The notes under the pieces were generated by a model that saw nothing but the letters and a program-made list of their open reading frames with translations, did not search any database and had not been told where the DNA came from. A stretch of 64,000 bases of DNA, from assembly GCA_036504235.1 (NCBI GenBank), contig DASXVN010000076.1, forward strand, positions 4,395 to 68,394, written 5' to 3'. The position numbers were made by a program, and so were the translations under genes. This DNA comes from Armatimonadota bacterium. GTDB taxonomy: Bacteria; Armatimonadota; Zipacnadia; Zipacnadales; Zipacnadaceae. Position 1 is the first letter of the stretch. Each line of letters starts with the position of its first letter. Positions 37,792-48,138 of this stretch are shown here, piece by piece.

Positions 37792-38574
37792 CTACTCGGG
37801 CCAGTCTCCGCCTTGCGCCGCGGTACCCCAGCGCTCACAGGCACCGACGCCATTGCTGCCCGCCGGGTTCAGCGCAAACGGCCCCTGGCCGTCATGGTAC
37901 CACTTGGCGTTGCCATCCACGAACAGGAAGTTCTTCCCGCCCACGTGGAACATGATCTCTGAGTACCCCGGCTGCCCCTTCGTGCTGTGGCTCTGGTACA
38001 CGTTCTCCCCCAGCGCGTCGCCCCACGAGCCGGGCAGATTCGCGCCCTTTTCGAAGAGCAGCACCGTCGCGGCCGGATCGGGGATCATGGCCTTGTTGCC
38101 CCCGGTGAAGATAGTCGTGACGCCGACCCGCCGCGAGCGCTGCGTGTACCGAGCGATCGCGTAGGCGCGCAACGTGTCCGCCTTGGCTCCGGGGGTCCCG
38201 ATGACGGCCTCCGGCATCGGATTAGTGGGGCAGGTCATGATTCCGCTGACCTTCTTCTCCACGTAGTCGCCAATAGTTATGTCCCAGGTGATGATCCCGG
38301 CCGCCGGCTGGTCCTTCGGGGTCGGGGGCGCCATGGGGTTGGGATGGCTGACGCACCACGTGGGGAAGTACTGATAGCTGTCGTTGCAGTACAGCGAGAA
38401 GGCCATCCCCAAGTTTTTCAGGTGCGAGATGCACTCGACGCGACGCGCGTTATTCCGCGCGTTCGCGATCACCGGGAACAGAATCGCCGACAAGACGGCG
38501 ATGATCGCAATCACCACCAGCATTTCCACCAGCGTAAAACCCGTCCGCAGACGGCGGGCTTGGTTCATCTCCAC
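37792..38574 (-). CDS. Prepilin-type N-terminal cleavage/methylation domain protein with DUF1559-like C-terminus
   Basis: Leader + GFTLVEMLVVIAIIAVLSAILFPV (type IV pilin N-methylation site). C-terminal ...GGKNFLFVDGNAKW... is typical of DUF1559 proteins, which are abundant in Planctomycetota and Armatimonadota. Confidence 0.75.
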   Translation of the reverse strand: MEMNQARRLRTGFTLVEMLVVIAIIAVLSAILFPVIANARNNARRVECISHLKNLGMAFSLYCNDSYQYFPTWCVSHPNPMAPPTPKDQPAAGIITWDITIGDYVEKKVSGIMTCPTNPMPEAVIGTPGAKADTLRAYAIARYTQRSRRVGVTTIFTGGNKAMIPDPAATVLLFEKGANLPGSWGDALGENVYQSHSTKGQPGYSEIMFHVGGKNFLFVDGNAKWYHDGQGPFALNPAGSNGVGACERWGTAAQGGDWPE

Positions 38575-38693
38575 TCACCTCCGGGTGTGACGCACCCCTG
38601 CGGCCAAGCCGCCGGCCCCTCTCTTCGGCGCCGGCGACTAGATTCTCATCGTGATTATACCCGCTGCCCGGCGGCCCTAAGCAGCGGGCCGCG

Positions 38694-40679
38694 TCAGTAG
38701 GGCATTTGCGAGACGGATTTGCCGATCAGCACCAGCGCCACGGTAACCATACCGACCAACCCCATCCCGCAAGCATAGCCGGCCCACAGTACCGTCGCAT
38801 ACTGCTTCCACCGCCGCGCTCCCAGCCGCGGGATGAAGTAGTACTGGCTGATAAGCGCCCCCAGGAGCTGCGGGAAGACGAAGTGAGGCAGGATCCCGAA
38901 GCTCCGGATCAGACCGTAAATCAGCAGGATCGGCAGCCGGAAAGCGCGCAGCACACTGTACAGCGCCAGGGCTCCGGCCATGCCGCCCATGAAGTACTCC
39001 CATTTCCAGGCCTGAACGAAGGGGCTCTGTTCCGGGTTCAGGGTGGCCGTATACCAGATGCCGTTCTGCAGCGCCTGCAGGTGCCACATCTTCAGGGCGT
39101 ACGGATACGCCGTGGAGGGAATCGGCCCCAGCTTCCAGATGAACTGCCAGAAGATCAGACTGGCGAAAATGGTGATTGGCCAGATGGTAATCTCGGCCTT
39201 GACCAGACTGATGATCTTGTTCCCGGTCAGCTCCAGCACCCGGAACTGCTGCGCCACGTCACCGTGATTGAAGTCCGGAATGGGGGCGAACCAGATGTCA
39301 ATATTCTTGTAGCCGCTGAAGATAATCACAGCGTTCTTCAGCATCGGAATACCGATATATTGGCCGGTCAAACCGATCATGCGGGCGTTGACGTACGAGT
39401 TGATCGGGGTCACGATAAACCCGAAGCCCACGATCCACCAGATCGGGAAGTCCGGCACTAGCCAATGGCACAGGAAGACGTATCCCAGCGTGGTGCCCAC
39501 GTAGATGGCGACGGCGATCCACAGCGGGAAATCGCCGCGGCCCGCCGGTGGCGCCCAGGTGGCCGTGCTCTCCTCCCCCGCCCGCCGCGCGCGCACGTTC
39601 GCGAAGTACTGCGTCAGCACCTCGTAGGCCCCCAGGATGGCGACCGCCATCGTGGCGCCGATGCCTACGCTCAGGTAGAAGTCGAGCTGGTTGGCGAACT
39701 GCGTCGAGATCGCGTCCATACCCGGCGTCCACTTGTTGAGGATGCCGGCCCGCTGCAGTTGGGGGTTGATGATGATGGTCGCCAGCGCCGCAATCGCGCT
39801 ACCCACGACCGCCCAGAAGGGAATGACAAAGCCGCCGAGCACCGTACCCAGGTCGGTCATGAAGCCCATCGGCACCGCCGGCCAGATCGACTGGGTACTG
39901 CGGGTCAGGTCCACGAAGGGGATCGGGATAAGCTGCAGCGGCTGGGTCATGATCACGCTGGTGATGGTGGGGATGCCCACGTAGACCGCGCCGAACACCA
40001 ACCCGATCATGGCGCCGATACTGAAGATGCGCCAGCGCCACGTCTCGTCCTTCCCGCCCGCCTCGGCCAGGGCCGTAGCCCCTTGGGCGGTGATGGCCGC
40101 GAAGGGATAGGGCAGCTTCTCGTAGTCGGAAGTCTCGCGGAACAGCAGGTAGCCGAAGGCGAACCAGTTGAGGCGGTTAAGAATGGTCTGCCCGACGATC
40201 AGCAGTCCGGGCAAGAGCCAGTCGCGGTCAAAGAAGGTGCGGTTGACGATAGCCGCGGAGTTCTCCCGGGGCACCAGCCAGGTCGGGATCTTGTCGGCGA
40301 TTCCCAAGCCTTTGGCGGCCTGCGACCGGACGAAGTATTGCCACCAGATCGCCTGCGCAAAAGCGCCGCCGGAGAGGGCCATACCGCCGTACATGGCGGT
40401 GAGACCGGCCGCGATATAGTACAGGATGTAGATCTGCGCGCGATTGAGCCGCACGAAAGAGCGTCGCGCGATCTCTGAGAACAGGATGATGGTCACCCAC
40501 TGGGCGGCGTCTCCCAGCGAAATCCCGGCCACCAACCCGAGGTAGATCGCGCCGGGCATCATTACGAAGCCCACGAACAGCGCTCCGGCCAGGGACCGCC
40601 CGTCGAAACCGTCCGTATAGGTTTCGGGCCGCTCCATCAGGCTTCGGTACAGTTCAATTTCGGCGTCTTTGTATGCCAC
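38694..40679 (-). CDS. Polytopic transporter, probably OPT (oligopeptide transporter) family
   Basis: About 16 TM helices, Trp/aromatic-rich, about 660 aa. GTG start with AGGAGG RBS. Family assignment is tentative. Confidence 0.45.
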   Translation of the reverse strand: MAYKDAEIELYRSLMERPETYTDGFDGRSLAGALFVGFVMMPGAIYLGLVAGISLGDAAQWVTIILFSEIARRSFVRLNRAQIYILYYIAAGLTAMYGGMALSGGAFAQAIWWQYFVRSQAAKGLGIADKIPTWLVPRENSAAIVNRTFFDRDWLLPGLLIVGQTILNRLNWFAFGYLLFRETSDYEKLPYPFAAITAQGATALAEAGGKDETWRWRIFSIGAMIGLVFGAVYVGIPTITSVIMTQPLQLIPIPFVDLTRSTQSIWPAVPMGFMTDLGTVLGGFVIPFWAVVGSAIAALATIIINPQLQRAGILNKWTPGMDAISTQFANQLDFYLSVGIGATMAVAILGAYEVLTQYFANVRARRAGEESTATWAPPAGRGDFPLWIAVAIYVGTTLGYVFLCHWLVPDFPIWWIVGFGFIVTPINSYVNARMIGLTGQYIGIPMLKNAVIIFSGYKNIDIWFAPIPDFNHGDVAQQFRVLELTGNKIISLVKAEITIWPITIFASLIFWQFIWKLGPIPSTAYPYALKMWHLQALQNGIWYTATLNPEQSPFVQAWKWEYFMGGMAGALALYSVLRAFRLPILLIYGLIRSFGILPHFVFPQLLGALISQYYFIPRLGARRWKQYATVLWAGYACGMGLVGMVTVALVLIGKSVSQMPY

Positions 40680-40713
40680 AATCAACCTCCTGCTACACGG
40701 GCCGCTCGCGCGG

Positions 40714-40742
40714 CCTCCGGAGACCGGCACGCCGGTCTCCGG
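40714..40742 (-). terminator. Strong GC hairpin CCGGAGACCGG-cacg-CCGGTCTCCGG downstream of the giant permease gene
   Basis: Perfect 11-bp stem with no clear U-tract, so it may be an intrinsic terminator or an RNA-stability element. Confidence 0.35.
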
Positions 40743-40802
40743 GCAAGGTCATATTCCGGTGAGGAGGCGGCGCGTCGCCGCGCCTCGCCTGCCTCGGCTA
40801 AT

Positions 40803-43800
40803 CTAGGCCGTATCCTCGGACTGGGGCGGGCCGCTCTCGCCCTCCACCAGCCGCCCTTCCAGCAGGGCCACGGCGTTCTGTCCGTACTCGTCCTTCTGCG
40901 CGGCCGGGAAGGTGCGCCACAGCAGATACTGCTTGCGGATGATGTTCACGAAGTTGCGGGTGACCCGCATCCAGGACGCGTCGTCACCGCTGGCGCGAAT
41001 GATCCGCGCCTCGATGGTGAAGATTTCCGGGTCCTCGGTGGGCACGGTCTCCACGTACAGCCGCTCGGAAACGCCCAGGTCGTACGGCGCCAGCCAGACC
41101 ATCGAGCCCAGCCGGTAGCCGGGTCCGTTCGGGAAATCCTCCTGGCTCATGACGATCTCCGCCGTCGAGAATTGCCCCAGCGAGTAGTCCGTGTGCGCCA
41201 GGAGGAACTCGCGCAGGTACATGTTCACGCCCAGCGCCTGGTCGCCGGTAACCGTGAAGGGCAGGCTCATGTTCAGGTTGTCGCCGTCCGGCTCCGGCAG
41301 CGACCAGCGCCGCTCGATACCGGGCATCGCGATGTCCGAGGCCCGCCGCGCCGGGTAGACCACCGAGAGCAGCACGGTGGCCATAATGATCAAGGTCGTC
41401 GCTACCGCCGAGAGCGAGGAGTAGTTCAGGTTCAGGCTCGCGCTCAGGTGGAACATCGTCACGATCTTGGCCGCAGTCTGGCCGACCAGGTAGCCGGCGA
41501 TGGCCCCCAGCACGGCGTAGACGCTGGCCTCGGCGATGAATAGCGCCGCGACGTGGTTGGGCGCGAGACCCAGCGAGCTGTAGATGTAGATCTCCTTGAC
41601 GCGCTCGTAGACCGACCCCAGCATCGTGTTGAGTACGATGGCGGCCGCGATCAGAATGGGAATGATCAAGTCGCCCATCCCGGCCAGGCTGGTGGAGCTT
41701 ACCGCGCTGCACAGGTAAGTCTTGCCGCCCACGCCCGCGTACAGGTTCAGCTCAATGCGGGTGATCAACTTGTTCAGCACCTCGTCGGCGCTCTTGTCGT
41801 CCGGCGTCGCAATGGCTACCGAGCGCAGCGTCGCGTTATGGTCCATGGCGAACTGGTAGGGAACCAGCACGATGCTGTCCGGCCCCAGATGAATGTACTC
41901 CTGGGCGTCACCGCCCTTGCCGGCGCTGCCTCGCGACTCCTCGAGCTGCTGCTGCGCCATCTGCTGCTGCATGACCAAAAAGTCGACCGGCGTCATGACT
42001 TCGCTGTCCATGTCCTGGGCGCTCTTGAAGCGCGACGAGGAGAGCACTCCGATCACGCGCATCTGGTTGCCGAAGACGCTGACGGTCGCGGTCCCGATAT
42101 CCGACGGCGCCACAGACAGGGCCTTGGCGACGCCCTCCGGCAGGATGCAGACCCGTTCGTCATTGGGCTGGAACCAGCGGCTGCCCGGGATCAGATACTG
42201 TTGCGGCTTGGTGACCTCGGCCTCCGTCGGCGTCATCCCCAGCATCGCCGTGGCCATGTACTGCGCGGGCCCGCGGCTAATGCTGACGAAGGACTGCTTG
42301 CCGATCTCGGTCGAGAAGTACCAGGCGCGACCGGCCACCTTATACTCGTCGCTAAATTCGGTGACCATCTGCCGGTAGGCGACCTCACCCATCGGCAGCC
42401 AGGTCTTGTCCCGCATCAGCACGCCGTTATACGGCGCCAGCTTGGGGATCAGGATCTTGTTGGCCCGGACGCTGGACACCACGGAGGTGAAGGACATAAC
42501 CGTGAAGGTCAGCAAAATCAGCGTCAGGCAGGTCAGGATCGTCCGGGTCTTGCGCCGGCGCATGTTGGAAACGCCCAGGCTGAAGGCCGCGGCCGAGGCG
42601 CTCATGCGGCCTACGTCGGCCTCATGAACCCCGGTCTGTTCATACTTGACCGCCTTCATTTGCTCCTCGAATTTGCTGACGATAATGCTAGTCACCAGCA
42701 CGCCGAGGGCTAGAATGATGAAGGCCAGCAGAATTACAATGGAGGTACTAGTCAGCGCAAAAGCAGGATGCACGTAGTACAGCACCGCGAAGATGCCCAG
42801 GAAGATGCCGCCCGTGCCCAGCAGTTGCCACTTGAGGTCCGGGTGGCCGATCAGCAGCCGCTCCAGGAAGTAGCTGAACGGCAGGAGCAGCGCCATGTAG
42901 AAGATGATGCCCTTGATGACGTCGTTGGCCGTGGACCGCACGGCCGGGTAGGCCCGCGATTCCAGTGACCACGCCGCCCGCGAGGACGAGATGAACTGGT
43001 CATAGCGCCACTGCTTGAGGAACTCGGAGGCCTTCTCCAGTTCCGCTTTGGCCGCCCCGTGCGCCTCGTCTACCAGGTTGTTGGTGATCCCGTACTGCTT
43101 CAGCTTCTGGATGCGGCTCTCGTCGAGCGTCCACATGTCCCGCGCCACCAGGTACGGGCTCATGTACAGCGCCGGGGTCTCATCCGCCAGGTAGCCGTCC
43201 CCGTTGGGGTTGGCCGCGGTGCTGTTGAGCAGCAGGAAGCGCAGCCCCAGCAGGCTGGCGGCCATGGTCACGCGCAGCTTGGTGCCGGCGGTCGAAAAGA
43301 CCATCCCCACCGGCTCGTAGTTGCTCTGCAGCTTCTTCGGCGGCAGCGGCAGGCAGTAGCCGTAGGTGTACGGCTCGGCCTCCAGGCCCGCGTCATATAC
43401 ATAGATCTGCGAGAGCAGATCGTAGAACCGCTGGTCCACCATGTCGTACAGCGTAGTCGCCTTCGCCTCGAACATCACGACTGTGGCCGGCTTCACCGGC
43501 TGGTCCATTTCCATCTCGATCGGGTAGGCGATCGCGCCGTTGACGCCCTGGTCCGGGGCCATCACGATGCCGCCGTCCTGCGGGCTCAGCAGGAAGCCGT
43601 CCACTTTGGTCTTGCCCGCCACCGCGCGTACGTTGGCGACGCCGGCGAGGTCAAAGCGGCCCTTCTCGTCCGCCGAATCCAGCAACTCGGTCCGCACGCC
43701 CATGGCGCTCTTCTCAACCTTGCGGATGGCCGCGATGCCGCCCACGATCGGGTCGTCCGGGAAGGTGCTGACCGCCGGGTCAAACTGCACAAGCCGGCCC

Positions 43801-45764
43801 TTGGCCTCCACGAAGTTGTCCTCCAGCTCAATCTTGAACAGGTCCTGCGGCTGAGTGACGGAGACCATATCGCCGAGCAAGCAGCCCATGAACCGGGCCT
43901 GCTCCACGACGTTGTCGATGTTCATCGCAGCGGGCAGGTCCATCGGCGTATCCACCAGGGGCCGCCCGTCGTTGATGGTGGCCAGGCCCACGGCGGGCAC
44001 CCCGGCCAGCACGCAGATCTCGCTGCCCAGGGCCAGATGCCCGGACATGTACGCCTGCCAGTTCTTGCCCTGCAGGGCGTTGATGCCGTCGGCGAAGCGC
44101 TGCGCCGGATCGACCGACAGCGCCTGCCCGACCAGCGCGGCGTACTCCCGGGCCTTCTTGCCCAGGTCCGCGAACTTCCACTGCATGCCCTCGTTATAGT
44201 CGTAGAAATAGCCCTTGAAGAACATGCCGAAGGCCGGATTGTGGCTGGACAGGTCCACCGAGAACCACAGGTTGACGTCCTCGCTGGTGAAGTCCAGGGC
44301 GCCGGTCAGCGCGTAGACCTTGGCCTCGACGTCCTTGAGCGCCGCCTGCTTCGCGGCGTCGTCGCCCGCCGTCTGGCCCTGAGCGGCCTTGACGGTGGCC
44401 TCGGCTTGGTCGGCGGCCTGGCGAATCAGGGGCGCGCGCTTCTGGAACTCGTCCAGATACGCTTTGCGCTTGGCCACGTCCGCCGCGGGAAGCTGATACA
44501 CCGACAGCACGCCCGCGTTGGGGTCGTGCGCCAGGCCCGAGCCGGACTTACTCTCCAGCCGGTCGGCCTTGCTCCGTGCGTCATTGATGCGGCCTAGCAG
44601 GCCGCTGACGCCTCGGAGCTGATCGTCAATGGTGCGGGTCTCAGTGGCCCCCGGCGGGAGCGCGCCCCACAGCCGGTCGGCGATGTCTTCGAGGCCCTTG
44701 CGTGACTCGTTGGCGATATTGAAGCAATACTTGACATACCCGTCGGCCCGCGCGCCGCGCGTGCGCTGCATCAGGTAGCGCTTCTCGCCGGCCAGCGCCT
44801 CAAAATGCCCGGAGGTGGCCAGGAAGACGACGGTGCGCTTAGGCGGCTGCGCCTGGAAGGTCTTGACCAGTTGCAGCAGCGTCGCGATCGAGGTGGCCGA
44901 CTCCGCCCCCGGCGCGAGGCTAGGGACGATGGACATGGAGTCGTAGTAGGCCTGGATGACGATGCGCTGAGTCTTGAGGCGCGGATCGGTGCCGGGGATC
45001 ACGCCGGAGATGTTCTTGGCCGTGACCTTCTGCCACTTCATGTCGCAGTTGACGGTCACATTGACCTGCGGCTGGCTGCGCAGCGTGCCCAGCAGATAGT
45101 CGGCCACTGCCCGGGGCACCCAGTAGCGGGGAATGTCCGCCGGGATGGACAGGAACTTCTGCTCGGCCTCGCCGCGAATCGTCCCCTCCGGCTCAATGAA
45201 CAGCACGGCGCGGGCGCCCAGCATTGGCGCGTTGAGCCACTCCGACTGACAGTTGAAGTCCATCAGCACGATGCTGCCGGTCACGGGATGTCCGTTGAAG
45301 GCCGCCAGGCTGCCGTCGCCGCCATACAGCAGCGGACCGGTGAGGCCCTCGGGCGGCGTCTGCGGGGTGCGGACCAGATTGGGCCACAGCGGGTAGACGG
45401 TGAACTGCTTGCCGGCCACGCTCAGGGAGGCGGGCTGCTCATCGTTGCCCGGCCGGGGCGACAGGACCGGGAACTCGTCCACGGCCACGTCCTGCAGGCC
45501 GGCCGCGCGGAACTTGGCTTCCACGAGTTGGGCGGTCTTCTCGCAGCCCGGATAGCCGGTCACCCGGCTGCCGAAAGCGGCCAGTTCCTGGATGGTCTGG
45601 GTAATTTCCGGAGCAGAGATCTGCGCGGCGACCTTCGCGTAGTCCGTCTCGGAGGAGAGCGCCACCTCCATTTCCTCCTGGGCCATAGTGGTGAGGTCAG
45701 TCACCATCAGACCCAGCAGGACAACTACCGCGAATAGGGCCGGCTTCATCATGCGTGATTTCAT
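40803..45764 (-). CDS. Giant ABC-transporter permease: signal peptide + degenerate M28/transferrin-receptor-like (PA) ectodomain + coiled-coil region + two FtsX/MacB-type permease modules
   Basis: 1653 aa. N-terminus has a PA-like region (GSIVLMDFN...GARAVLFIEP) and an M28-like region with non-canonical residues (YYDS, GAESATS, SGHFEALAG). C-terminal half has two FtsX-like 4-TM modules, the second with a MacB-like periplasmic domain. Confidence 0.7.
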   Translation of the reverse strand: MKSRMMKPALFAVVVLLGLMVTDLTTMAQEEMEVALSSETDYAKVAAQISAPEITQTIQELAAFGSRVTGYPGCEKTAQLVEAKFRAAGLQDVAVDEFPVLSPRPGNDEQPASLSVAGKQFTVYPLWPNLVRTPQTPPEGLTGPLLYGGDGSLAAFNGHPVTGSIVLMDFNCQSEWLNAPMLGARAVLFIEPEGTIRGEAEQKFLSIPADIPRYWVPRAVADYLLGTLRSQPQVNVTVNCDMKWQKVTAKNISGVIPGTDPRLKTQRIVIQAYYDSMSIVPSLAPGAESATSIATLLQLVKTFQAQPPKRTVVFLATSGHFEALAGEKRYLMQRTRGARADGYVKYCFNIANESRKGLEDIADRLWGALPPGATETRTIDDQLRGVSGLLGRINDARSKADRLESKSGSGLAHDPNAGVLSVYQLPAADVAKRKAYLDEFQKRAPLIRQAADQAEATVKAAQGQTAGDDAAKQAALKDVEAKVYALTGALDFTSEDVNLWFSVDLSSHNPAFGMFFKGYFYDYNEGMQWKFADLGKKAREYAALVGQALSVDPAQRFADGINALQGKNWQAYMSGHLALGSEICVLAGVPAVGLATINDGRPLVDTPMDLPAAMNIDNVVEQARFMGCLLGDMVSVTQPQDLFKIELEDNFVEAKGRLVQFDPAVSTFPDDPIVGGIAAIRKVEKSAMGVRTELLDSADEKGRFDLAGVANVRAVAGKTKVDGFLLSPQDGGIVMAPDQGVNGAIAYPIEMEMDQPVKPATVVMFEAKATTLYDMVDQRFYDLLSQIYVYDAGLEAEPYTYGYCLPLPPKKLQSNYEPVGMVFSTAGTKLRVTMAASLLGLRFLLLNSTAANPNGDGYLADETPALYMSPYLVARDMWTLDESRIQKLKQYGITNNLVDEAHGAAKAELEKASEFLKQWRYDQFISSSRAAWSLESRAYPAVRSTANDVIKGIIFYMALLLPFSYFLERLLIGHPDLKWQLLGTGGIFLGIFAVLYYVHPAFALTSTSIVILLAFIILALGVLVTSIIVSKFEEQMKAVKYEQTGVHEADVGRMSASAAAFSLGVSNMRRRKTRTILTCLTLILLTFTVMSFTSVVSSVRANKILIPKLAPYNGVLMRDKTWLPMGEVAYRQMVTEFSDEYKVAGRAWYFSTEIGKQSFVSISRGPAQYMATAMLGMTPTEAEVTKPQQYLIPGSRWFQPNDERVCILPEGVAKALSVAPSDIGTATVSVFGNQMRVIGVLSSSRFKSAQDMDSEVMTPVDFLVMQQQMAQQQLEESRGSAGKGGDAQEYIHLGPDSIVLVPYQFAMDHNATLRSVAIATPDDKSADEVLNKLITRIELNLYAGVGGKTYLCSAVSSTSLAGMGDLIIPILIAAAIVLNTMLGSVYERVKEIYIYSSLGLAPNHVAALFIAEASVYAVLGAIAGYLVGQTAAKIVTMFHLSASLNLNYSSLSAVATTLIIMATVLLSVVYPARRASDIAMPGIERRWSLPEPDGDNLNMSLPFTVTGDQALGVNMYLREFLLAHTDYSLGQFSTAEIVMSQEDFPNGPGYRLGSMVWLAPYDLGVSERLYVETVPTEDPEIFTIEARIIRASGDDASWMRVTRNFVNIIRKQYLLWRTFPAAQKDEYGQNAVALLEGRLVEGESGPPQSEDTA

Positions 45765-45896
45765 CAGACCGAAGTCACCGCCTCGATAACTCTTTCAACT
45801 GGGTGGCGCCGCCTCGCCCCAACGCTGCGTCCGGGGAGACGGAGTTGCCGTGCCGTCGCGACCTCCGGCCGCGACCGCTCGCCGGCGCGGGACCGC

Positions 45897-46793
45897 CTAA
45901 TGCTCCTGGCCGCCCATGATACCAACGGCAAGTTCGATATCCTCGCGCCGTTCGATTCGCTCGATGGCCCCGTCGCGGATGTGCACGACGCGGTCGGAAA
46001 CGTCAATCATCTTCAGATCGTGGGTAGCGGAGATAATCGTAACGCCGCTCTCAACGTTCAGCTCCTTGAGCAGGTCAATGATCTCCTTACCGGTCAGCAG
46101 GTCCAGGTTGCCGGTCGGCTCGTCGGCGAGGATGATCGCCGGGCTGTTGGCCAGCGACCGCGCCACGGCCACGCGCTGCTGCTGTCCGCCCGATAGCTCA
46201 TTGGGCTTGTGGTGCAGGCGGCCGCCGAGGCCTACCAGTTCCAGCAGCATCCGCCCGCGCTCCAGCATCTCATCGCTGCTCGCGCCGGCGAAGATCATCG
46301 GCAGGGTGACGTTCTCCAGCGCCGTCATTACCGGGATCAGATTGAAGGTCTGGAAAATGTAGCCGATGGTGCGGCAGCGCTGCCAGGCCAACTCCTGCGC
46401 GCTAAGCTGCGCCATGTCCGTCTCGTTGATGTAGCACGAGCCGGAGGTCGGCTTGTCCAGGCCGCCCACCAGGTTGAACAGGGTGGACTTGCCGGAGCCG
46501 GAGGGGCCCATGATGGACAGATACTCCCCACGGCGGATGTCCAGGTCCACGCCTTTGAGCGCCGGGACCTCCACATCCCCCATCTTGTAGATTCGCGTCA
46601 GGCCGCGGGTCCGCACGATATACTCGTGAGTGGTCACCGAGTCATCGCGCACCAGGTCAGCGGCGCGCTTGCGCAGGTTGCGCGAGGCCGCCTCCAGCAC
46701 CCCGGTCATATCCGCGTGACACTCCGGGCAGACCGTGACCAGCCCCGTCGTCTCGACTTCGTGACCACATTCCGCACACACGTATTTGGCCAT
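45897..46793 (-). CDS. MacB/LolD-type ABC transporter ATP-binding protein with N-terminal zinc-ribbon
   Basis: CAECGHEVETTGLVTVCPEC zinc ribbon; Walker A GPSGSGKST; LSGGQQQRVAVARSL signature; Walker B ILADEPTGNLD. ATG at 46793 with AAGGAG RBS. Confidence 0.85.
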   Translation of the reverse strand: MAKYVCAECGHEVETTGLVTVCPECHADMTGVLEAASRNLRKRAADLVRDDSVTTHEYIVRTRGLTRIYKMGDVEVPALKGVDLDIRRGEYLSIMGPSGSGKSTLFNLVGGLDKPTSGSCYINETDMAQLSAQELAWQRCRTIGYIFQTFNLIPVMTALENVTLPMIFAGASSDEMLERGRMLLELVGLGGRLHHKPNELSGGQQQRVAVARSLANSPAIILADEPTGNLDLLTGKEIIDLLKELNVESGVTIISATHDLKMIDVSDRVVHIRDGAIERIERREDIELAVGIMGGQEH

Positions 46794-46852
46794 TGCCTTC
46801 GCTCCTTGTTGGTCCCGCCCTGCCCGCACGAGCCGGGCAACTCCGGCCGACC

Positions 46853-47611
46853 CTAGATCTCCGACCGCAGAGCGGCCGCCGGCGGCATCTGCGCCGCCCG
46901 TATCGCGGGCGGAATCGCCGCCATCAGACTCAGGACGGCGCCGATCACCACGGACGCCACCATGTAGCCCGAAAGCTGCGCCCAGTTGACCTGGCCGACC
47001 ACGCCGAAACCGTACTTTATCCCGTAAAACAGAATCACAAACAGCGAGCCGACAATCAGGCCCGCCACGGACCCCAGCACGCCGACCACGGCGGCCTCAA
47101 TCAAAAAGAGCCGCACAATGAATGAATCGAGGGCTCCTAAACACTTCATCGTCCCAATTTCCTGGAACCGCTCCGTGACCGACATCAGCATGGAGTTGGT
47201 GATCCCGATGCCGCAAACCAGCAGCGACATGATGACCAGCCAGAGCTGGCGCGCGGCCTTTTCCTTGGCCGTTGCGGCCAACTGCTCGGCGGTCTGCTTT
47301 TGGCTAGCCTCGGTAGTCGCGGAGCCGGCGGTGCCGCGCACCGTCTCGGCGGCTTGCGCCACCGACTGCTCCTGCTGGACGCGAGCCTTCTCGACTCCCT
47401 CGCTAAAGATGTGGTCCGACCACACGTAGCTCAGGAAGGCCACGCCGAGGATGATGCCGGTGGCGGTGATGCCGGCCCGCCCCAGTCGCAGCAACACGCT
47501 CTTGGTGCTGATGCGGAAAGCGTCGCTCCAGGGCAGCATGATCTGCCGCTGCACGACCAGCGATTTCTCGCCGCCGCCGCCGCCCAATTCCGCCAGTTTC
47601 TTCACGTCCAT
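46853..47611 (-). CDS. FtsX-like ABC transporter permease (single 4-TM module)
   Basis: One TM, a short periplasmic segment, then three C-terminal TM helices with FtsX-family topology. Sits upstream of the ATPase in the same operon. Confidence 0.7.
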   Translation of the reverse strand: MDVKKLAELGGGGGEKSLVVQRQIMLPWSDAFRISTKSVLLRLGRAGITATGIILGVAFLSYVWSDHIFSEGVEKARVQQEQSVAQAAETVRGTAGSATTEASQKQTAEQLAATAKEKAARQLWLVIMSLLVCGIGITNSMLMSVTERFQEIGTMKCLGALDSFIVRLFLIEAAVVGVLGSVAGLIVGSLFVILFYGIKYGFGVVGQVNWAQLSGYMVASVVIGAVLSLMAAIPPAIRAAQMPPAAALRSEI

Positions 47612-47802
47612 AGTGCGTTCACCACCAACCGGGTATGCCCCTGTGGGCCTACCCGGCTCATCATTCTGCCGGGAGAGGGTCCTCCCGACCGAGCGTACCC
47701 GTTACATTCCCTGCTCTGGACGACATTACCTTCCCCCTCCAGAGATTTCCTGAGGGGGAGCAATTGACCGCCGGCCCTGGCTTCGGCGCAGGGTGGTCAG
47801 GA

Positions 47803-48083
47803 GCCGTTGCCGTACTGTAGGGCGGGGCTTGCCGCGGGCCCTGAGCCCGTCGAAGGGTGCCGCCGGGGAGGGGGCCGCCGTTTGCCGTTACTCCCCCTCT
47901 CCCAAGGTCCGCCGCGGGAGAGGGGGCCGGGGGGTGAGGTTGAACTGGTGTCCAGCCACCCCCTTCCGTCCCTTGGGCCCGCCTTTGCCGTTAGCCGTTT
48001 CCCCCCTCCCCTATCTAGGGGAGGGCGGCGCGCAGCGCCGGGGAGGGGTCCGCCGTTTGACAGCGCCCCGCCCGCCCCTTACG
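47803..48083. repeat. Mosaic GC-rich intergenic repeat cluster
   Basis: Contains GTAGGGCGGGG..., GCCGTT tracts, the hairpin CCCCCTCTCCC-AAGGTCCGCCGC-GGGAGAGGGGG + GCCGGGGGGTGAGGTTGAACTGG, and CCCCTCCCC-TATCTA-GGGGAGGG. Confidence 0.6.
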
Positions 48084-48138
48084 ATGTTGGCACCCGTGCC
48101 CCCGGGGCCCGTGGTTTCCTTGAGGAGAGTGCTGCGCC

